Origin: a virus
Taxonomy: Duplodnaviria > Heunggongvirae > Uroviricota > Caudoviricetes
Length of the DNA: 64,000 bases
Strand: one strand, 5' to 3'
IMG/VR virus record: IMGVR_UViG_3300009709_000002
Coordinates: 1-64,000 of that record
A program made the position numbers and the translations under genes. The notes beneath the pieces are model-generated. The model saw nothing but the letters and a program-made list of their open reading frames with translations. It had not been told where the DNA came from and did not search any database. The first letter of the stretch is position 1. Each line of letters starts with the position of its first letter. This document shows positions 58,060 to 64,000 of this stretch, piece after piece.

Positions 58060-59133
58060 TTATTCTAATCCAGCTTTATAGAATGTGACATTATTTTTCA
58101 ACCTTTCATCATTTGGCTCAAATTCGAGAGCTTTAAGCCCAGCATCCAAAGCCACCTGCTTCAGGCCAAGATTATGCGCTGCTAGAGCTTTAAGGTCCCA
58201 CGGTTCTGATCCCCAAGCAAATGGTTCACAGATGTATGACGCAGGCCGAATCGTGATGTCGGTTGCCTTGGTAGCTGCAAAATACACACCAACCCAATCT
58301 TTCTGGTGGTAGTAATATCTAGCCAGCTCAACCCAACCTTCACGATCAAATTGTGCCTCTGCTGTAGCTCGTAATGCCCAAGCTACCGCTTCGATGTGAT
58401 CCCCTTTCGTGTTGTAGCACCGAGCAATAAAGCGCATACTCGCGGCCCTTTCCGAGGTCCAGGTAGAGCTTTTGAGCGATAGGTGTCTCTTAAGCTCTTC
58501 GATAGCTTTATCAGGTTGCCCGTAGAACATGTATTCGCGGCCAAGGTAGTGCGAATTGCGGTCATTTTCAGGATCCTCTTTGACAGAAAGTTCAAGCAGC
58601 GGAAGATAAGAACCACGTGACTTCGTGTGGTCTGGAAAGTGCTTCAACGTAAATTTGTCACAGAAGCTTTGAACTTCAGGACGGCCATAGATCGCCAACA
58701 CTTCATGAACAGGATTCACCCAACGATAACCGAAGCGTGAGTGAATCTTGTCATACCAGAATGAAACACCTGGGGTGTCATCTGGATTAACGCTCCACCA
58801 GTACTGGTAGCGAAGCCGAGTTGTGTTAGCTGTCCAAGCCTTCTCAACTTCCGCACGCCACCCTGGTGTAAGCACTTCATCCAAGTCAATACAGACACAA
58901 ATCTCTGTATCAGACGGAACGAAATTTAGAGATGCATTTCGGGCGTCATCAAAACGCCAAGGATCGACCTTGATCTCATGGACGGTAGCTCCTAGTGATC
59001 TAAGCTTGGCTACCGTGCCATCTGTAGAGCCGGTGTCGGCAACGATAACTTCGTCTGCTTCCTTGGCTGAGTTGTAGAAGCGTTCACAGAACGCTTCTTC
59101 ATTTTTGCTGATTGTGTAAAGTACAACTTTCAT
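58060..59133 (-). CDS. GT2 glycosyltransferase with TPR repeats
   Basis: ISKNE, DTGSTDGT, FDDARN, DLDE, PVHE, YLGREY. Confidence 0.9.
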   Translation of the reverse strand: MKVVLYTISKNEEAFCERFYNSAKEADEVIVADTGSTDGTVAKLRSLGATVHEIKVDPWRFDDARNASLNFVPSDTEICVCIDLDEVLTPGWRAEVEKAWTANTTRLRYQYWWSVNPDDTPGVSFWYDKIHSRFGYRWVNPVHEVLAIYGRPEVQSFCDKFTLKHFPDHTKSRGSYLPLLELSVKEDPENDRNSHYLGREYMFYGQPDKAIEELKRHLSLKSSTWTSERAASMRFIARCYNTKGDHIEAVAWALRATAEAQFDREGWVELARYYYHQKDWVGVYFAATKATDITIRPASYICEPFAWGSEPWDLKALAAHNLGLKQVALDAGLKALEFEPNDERLKNNVTFYKAGLE

Positions 59134-60710
59134 AGTTCATTTTCAGATGCGAGGGCTTGGTGCACTCGTTTGTCAAAGTCTTCACCCCAGCAAGCTGGGT
59201 CATATTCATAGCCATACGTTCTATCCTTGATGTGAGAAGCTTCAATCAGGTAGAAATTTGATCTGCTGTGCTGCCCTTGACGAGCAAGGTAATCTGCGAT
59301 GCGAACTTTGTATTCACGGACATGCGGCGCATAGAATGAAGCAGAAGCAAAATGCTCAAGTGCTTTGTCATGCTTTTGTAGAGCTTCATAGATGTAACCG
59401 AGCTGCAAGTTCAAGTATGACTTGTCACTGTCAGGCAGGGCTAGAGCTTTTTGAATCGCTTCTGCTGCCAGCTCTGGTTGTTGGCACTGTTGATATTCAC
59501 CAGCCAGGAATGACCATGACTTCCAAATGTCTGGACGCTCTTTCACCGATTGCTCGAGCAGGGTTTTGTATGAGCTACGAGCTTTATTTAAGTCCGGCTT
59601 CTGGAACATTCGGATCTTGTCATTGAAGTGAACTTGCTCTTCACCATGAGTTTCAAGCTTTTCATGAACTGGAAGAACCCAGCGATATCCAGCACGAGCG
59701 TGAATGCGTTCATGCCAGTGATCTGAGAAGCTCTTTTCATCTTCCGTCCAGAACGTCGAGAAGCGGTGATTCAGCCTGGTAGTGTTTGGAAGACGATGGA
59801 AATACTTTCTAGTTTCCGTGATGAAGTTTTCAGAGAGATACTCATCAACATCGAGCGAGATGCAAACGTCGATTTCAGGCCAAACCAAAGCCAAAGACGT
59901 GTTGCGAGCATCGTCAAATCGCCACGGATCTACGAAGATCTTCTTGGCGACGATATGATCATGATTTTCAACCCAGTTAGAAATTTCTTCCCAGGTACCA
60001 TCAGTAGAGCCAGTGTCACAGATGACAACTTGGTCAGCTTCTACTGCACTACCGAGAAAGCGATTGATGAAGTTGCGTTCATTCTTGCAGATGCCGTAGA
60101 CTGCAACCTTCTTTTCGAGAGCTTTTTCAACATAGGCACGGTGATTCAATGACATGACGAACACACCGATCTCATTGTCTTGAATCCAGGTGACAACATT
60201 CGGCCCAAGGAAGTCAAGAGCTTCTTGGATCGTCCAATTATCCGTGACGTGAACTTCATACGGATTGCCTTCAAACTCACCCTGAGGATAGTAGCCGATG
60301 GGAATGCTCACGAACAAAACGCCTGTCGCTTGCAATGCTCTGTCTATGACGCGAGCTGCTTTATCCTTCTCCATATGCTCGACGATGTCACCGAGAAATG
60401 TGAAGTTAGTGTATTGACTACGTTCGTTGATGAAGTAAGCTTCTGCATCACATACGAATAATTCATCATACTTCTCACGAAGCTTGAATTGTTCAACGTA
60501 CGGTTCCCAGATTTCTACTCCTATGAACTTTCCGTGAATGAGCTTGTTCTTGTAACGATTGAGGTAAGTACCAGAGCCTGCACCGATATCTAACACGGAA
60601 ACTGGACCTGGCGCTACAAAATCATCTTGGAACAATTTGGGTGCGAAGCGCTTCAGCTTGGCGATCGAACGATCAATGAACGCTTTTCCTGAATCTGAGC
60701 TATATGGCAT
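59130..60710 (-). CDS. SAM-dependent methyltransferase + GT2 glycosyltransferase + TPR fusion
   Basis: VLDIGAGSG, GDIVEHM; ICKNE, DTGSTDGT, FDDARN, DVDE, PVHE. Confidence 0.9.
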   Translation of the reverse strand: MPYSSDSGKAFIDRSIAKLKRFAPKLFQDDFVAPGPVSVLDIGAGSGTYLNRYKNKLIHGKFIGVEIWEPYVEQFKLREKYDELFVCDAEAYFINERSQYTNFTFLGDIVEHMEKDKAARVIDRALQATGVLFVSIPIGYYPQGEFEGNPYEVHVTDNWTIQEALDFLGPNVVTWIQDNEIGVFVMSLNHRAYVEKALEKKVAVYGICKNERNFINRFLGSAVEADQVVICDTGSTDGTWEEISNWVENHDHIVAKKIFVDPWRFDDARNTSLALVWPEIDVCISLDVDEYLSENFITETRKYFHRLPNTTRLNHRFSTFWTEDEKSFSDHWHERIHARAGYRWVLPVHEKLETHGEEQVHFNDKIRMFQKPDLNKARSSYKTLLEQSVKERPDIWKSWSFLAGEYQQCQQPELAAEAIQKALALPDSDKSYLNLQLGYIYEALQKHDKALEHFASASFYAPHVREYKVRIADYLARQGQHSRSNFYLIEASHIKDRTYGYEYDPACWGEDFDKRVHQALASENEL

Positions 60711-60818
60711 AAGAATCCCTTACCAAATTTGTGCAATAAATACATGCTAGTGATGAATGATTATATCACCCAACATTTCAATTGAAAATTTTTCATTGAC
60801 ATTCAAAGGATTTAATTT

Positions 60819-61739
60819 ATGGCAAACACCACAATCGTCTATCCTACAGGTCCAACAGGACCGACTGGTGGCGTCGGCCCAACTGGCCCAACTGGGGTCG
60901 GCCTTCGTGGCGTTACAGGCCCACAAGGTGTAAATGGACAAACTGGTCCTACTGGCGTAACCGGGCCAACTGGCTTTGGAGCTACAGGTCCAACGGGCGC
61001 GGTGGGTGCAGTAGGCGCTACTGGTCAAGATGGTCCTACAGGTCCGACTGGCATTCAAGGTCCAACAGGTCCACTTGGTAATGTAGGCATGCAAGGTCCA
61101 ACAGGTCCACAGGGATTGATTGGCGGACCTGGTCCAACTGGACCTACAGGTCCTCGCGGTATCGCAGGTGGTGGTGTTGCTGGTGCAACAGGAGCAACTG
61201 GACCAACAGGTCTTCGTGGTTACGTTGGCCCGACTGGTGCAACAGGCCCAACAGGTGCAGCTTCACAAGTAACAGGACCGACGGGTGCTACAGGCGCTAC
61301 CGGTCCAAGCGTAACTGGTCCAAGCGTAACTGGTCCAACAGGTGCTCCAGGTTCAAATGGTCAGCAAGGTCCAACCGGCCCTGATGGTTTCCAAGGACCT
61401 ACTGGTCCAGCTGGTACTCAAGGTATTGCTGGTTCTACCGGGCCAGGTGGTGCTACGGGCCCTACAGGCTGGACTGGTCCCATCGGCGTAACAGGTCCTA
61501 CTGGTCCTTCTGGCGGTCCTACTGGTCCTCAAGGATCTGCTGGTCCTACAGGTGCATCAGGCGGCCCTACAGGTCCTACTGGCCCAGTTGGCACACCATC
61601 GATCACGATTCTCGGTGCAGATCCAACAACCGCCAACTTAGCAACAAATCAATATGGCGTGTTTCTTAACACGGTAGCTAACACCGTAAAGCTTTGGGCA
61701 AATGCAAACGGTACGATGTATTCGGTTCAACTATCATAA
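60819..61739 (+). CDS. collagen-like (GPT-repeat) virion protein
   Basis: About 250 aa of G-X-Y, mostly GPT/GAT; late box at 60736. Confidence 0.9.
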   Translation: MANTTIVYPTGPTGPTGGVGPTGPTGVGLRGVTGPQGVNGQTGPTGVTGPTGFGATGPTGAVGAVGATGQDGPTGPTGIQGPTGPLGNVGMQGPTGPQGLIGGPGPTGPTGPRGIAGGGVAGATGATGPTGLRGYVGPTGATGPTGAASQVTGPTGATGATGPSVTGPSVTGPTGAPGSNGQQGPTGPDGFQGPTGPAGTQGIAGSTGPGGATGPTGWTGPIGVTGPTGPSGGPTGPQGSAGPTGASGGPTGPTGPVGTPSITILGADPTTANLATNQYGVFLNTVANTVKLWANANGTMYSVQLS

Positions 61740-62371
61740 TGTCAATTTACTTAACTCCAGCTCAGGTAACTCAGGTTGCAACGACGGTTAATCAATCAAA
61801 CGTCGCTGCAATCACGTCAGCACTAAATGCGGCGATGGATCAGTTTTCCATCAATACCACAAATACACGTGTGAGATATTTTCTGTCTCAGCTTGCATTT
61901 GAGTCGATGGATTTCAATGTCACAGTTGAAAATTTGAACTATTCAGCGGTGCGTTTGGTGCAAGTTTGGCCATCACGCTTCACAGCTGCTTCAGCTCCCG
62001 CTTATGCCAATAATCCAGTCGCTCTTGGTAATTATGTGTATGCTAATCGCTATGGTAATGGTGACCCCACGACTGGAGATGGGTATAATTTCCGCGGTCG
62101 TGGTTACATCCAGCTCACCTTCCGCGGTAACTACACGAATGCATCAAACGCCATCTACGGTGATACCCGCCTCATCAGCAACCCAGATCAAGTAGCAAAT
62201 GATCCAAATGCTTCAGCGTTGACTAGCGGCTGGTTTTGGCAGGTTAACAACCTGAACACGCTGACAGACCAGTTGAACTTCACCGCTGTAACGACAGCAA
62301 TCAATGGTAGCTCAGTTTCTGTTCCACAGCGTCGTTTGTATCTCGCTCGTGCGAATGTAGCTATTGTTTAA
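61739..62371 (+). CDS. GH19 lysozyme/chitinase-family peptidoglycan hydrolase
   Basis: FLSQ..FES, ENLNYSA, YANRYGNG, GDG..FRGRG.IQLT; start MSIYL overlaps the previous stop. Confidence 0.9.
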   Translation: MSIYLTPAQVTQVATTVNQSNVAAITSALNAAMDQFSINTTNTRVRYFLSQLAFESMDFNVTVENLNYSAVRLVQVWPSRFTAASAPAYANNPVALGNYVYANRYGNGDPTTGDGYNFRGRGYIQLTFRGNYTNASNAIYGDTRLISNPDQVANDPNASALTSGWFWQVNNLNTLTDQLNFTAVTTAINGSSVSVPQRRLYLARANVAIV

Positions 62372-62390
62372 AAGCTAATTCGTGATTGAA

Positions 62391-62424
62391 AAAGGCTAGG
62401 AGGTTTACTCTCTCCTAGCCTTTT
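62391..62424. terminator. bidirectional intrinsic terminator
   Basis: AAAGGCTAGGAG-loop-CTCCTAGCCTTTT. Confidence 0.8.
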
Positions 62425-62468
62425 GTGTCTATAAATATCCGCATTATAATCTTTTTGACGAGACGTCC

Positions 62469-64000
62469 ATGAAGCTTACGTTCAGACAAGGTCTGGTTAG
62501 TGTACCAGCAAACTCATACAACTTCCTACAATATAATTCCTCAAATGGGGCTGTTAACCTGTCGCTGCCAGCTGAAACTACTCTTCAAATGGCCGCTGCT
62601 TATGGCACGGATGATTATCTGCTGCAACAGTCTGCCTCGGTGGTTAACGCTTTCGGACCGCTGACTTGGAATTCATCTTGGGGAACGCGTCCTACAAACC
62701 CAACTTACTACCTGTACTACACGGTTAATAAGTCAACCGGTGCTACAACGACAGGTTTTACGTTTGCAAGCCCAATCGTTTCGATTATTGCACCAACATC
62801 ACCGATCATCGGTCAGTTTTGGTTCTGCCTCAGCAATACGACAATGTACATCTGGGATGGCACATACTGGGAATCAATCATTGCTGTCTTTGTTGGTAGT
62901 GTAATCGGTTCGACGGTTACTCAACAATCCGTAGGATCACAAGTTGGTTTGACATATCCAGGCACGCTATCAAATCAAGTCGACGCTGGTTTTATCATGT
63001 TTGGCGCGGATTTGAATGCTATCCAGAATCCGTCTGGTACAGGCTTCTTAACTTCTGCTTCGCCAATTTACCTCAACGTTGGCGCTTTTACATCGCCAGT
63101 TAAGCTTGAAGCTCTGTCTACCCAAGCTATCGCAAATGAGCCAATTCCAGCTTTCTCATGCGTAACAATGATCAGCGCCAACGTAGTTGGTTTGGCTGAT
63201 GAAGATGATGCTTCACGCCGTGCGATCGGTATCGTCATGGAAGATTTGAATCCAGGCGACACAGCTAATATCATCACTTCTGGCGTAGTATTCAACGCAA
63301 ATTGGAACTGGGACTTCAGCCTAGGTAAAGATCTCTACTGTGGTCCAGATGGTGTTCTTCTTCAAGATGCTCCAGGAAGCTTGGCTGATGGTGGTCAGAA
63401 AATCGGTAGCTTAATCAGCTCAAATTCTATCGTCATTGCAATCGACATCATCGGTAACATCATCGCTTCGGTTGACTTCCAAGGGCCAACTGGACCAGTT
63501 GGCGCTCGTGGAGCGATTGGTCCAACTGGCGCTCAAGGTCAAACCGGGCCGTCAGGTCTAAATGGTTCAACTGGTCCAACTGGCCCTATGGGTCAACTTG
63601 GTCTTTCTGGTTCAACTGGTCCAACTGGCCCGATCGGTTTAGCTGGTCCTACTGGTCTGAGTATCCAAGGTCCTACCGGATCTGCTGGTCCTACCGGATC
63701 TCAAGGCGCAGTTGGTCCTACGGGTGCTACTGGTGTTGGTGCTACAGGCCCTACCGGATCGCAGGGTGTTACAGGCCCTACAGGAGCGACAGGCGTAGCT
63801 GGCACAAGTATCGTTGGGCCAACTGGTGCAACTGGCTCTGTCGGACCTACAGGATCTAGCGGTCCTACAGGTGCGGTTGGTGCAACTGGCCCATCTGTTA
63901 CAGGCCCAACAGGTCTCAGCATCACTGGTCCTACAGGTGCAGTTGGTGCAACAGGTTTGAGCATCACAGGTCCTCAAGGTTTCCAAGGTTCAACAGGTCC
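62469..64000 (+). CDS. virion fibre/decoration protein with collagen-like repeats (partial), paralogue of 10133-11881
   Basis: Manual translation [11 protein letters not shown]...GSQVGL...TSPVKLE...WNW...GPTG repeats; TATAAATA at 62430. Confidence 0.88.
   Translation, partial: MKLTFRQGLVSVPANSYNFLQYNSSNGAVNLSLPAETTLQMAAAYGTDDYLLQQSASVVNAFGPLTWNSSWGTRPTNPTYYLYYTVNKSTGATTTGFTFASPIVSIIAPTSPIIGQFWFCLSNTTMYIWDGTYWESIIAVFVGSVIGSTVTQQSVGSQVGLTYPGTLSNQVDAGFIMFGADLNAIQNPSGTGFLTSASPIYLNVGAFTSPVKLEALSTQAIANEPIPAFSCVTMISANVVGLADEDDASRRAIGIVMEDLNPGDTANIITSGVVFNANWNWDFSLGKDLYCGPDGVLLQDAPGSLADGGQKIGSLISSNSIVIAIDIIGNIIASVDFQGPTGPVGARGAIGPTGAQGQTGPSGLNGSTGPTGPMGQLGLSGSTGPTGPIGLAGPTGLSIQGPTGSAGPTGSQGAVGPTGATGVGATGPTGSQGVTGPTGATGVAGTSIVGPTGATGSVGPTGSSGPTGAVGATGPSVTGPTGLSITGPTGAVGATGLSITGPQGFQGSTG

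Overview
64-kb segment of a large, T4-like-transcribed (jumbo-type) tailed phage genome. Nearly all genes are on the minus strand up to about 60.7 kb, then a plus-strand late/virion block begins. Several small secreted proteins resemble Burkholderiales families, a weak hint at the host. The window holds: (i) an RNA island at about 4.3-9.9 kb with 7 recognisable tRNAs, several tRNA-like RNAs with damaged or expanded anticodon arms, a circularly permuted YrlA-type Y RNA and three ORF-free, highly structured regions of 400-830 nt; (ii) late genes with short capsid-targeting-like N-termini, a tandem-AAA/vWA-peptidase pair and collagen-like fibre genes next to TPR glycosyltransferases; (iii) an envelope/transport operon (TAXI receptor, ABC transporter, SBP-OmpA, coiled-coil proteins); (iv) nucleotide and cofactor genes (thyA, a second dCMP-type thymidylate-synthase homologue, kinases, topoisomerase II, RNA ligase, PARP, Sir2, NadV/NadM-Nudix, CoaD/CoaE). 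The most striking signal is that two genes of one operon, a PTH2-like peptidyl-tRNA hydrolase and an HD hydrolase, both start CTTTAAAGGAG-N7-ATG-NNG-TAG, an in-frame amber stop at codon 3 behind a strong Shine-Dalgarno site. This suggests a stop-codon-readthrough-gated translation-rescue module. Other highlights are a duplicated RNA leader motif on the two NAD salvage genes, CoA-synthesis genes appended to the NAD salvage cluster, and a second promoter class on nucleotide-metabolism operons. All family calls come from motif recognition by eye, without database searches.
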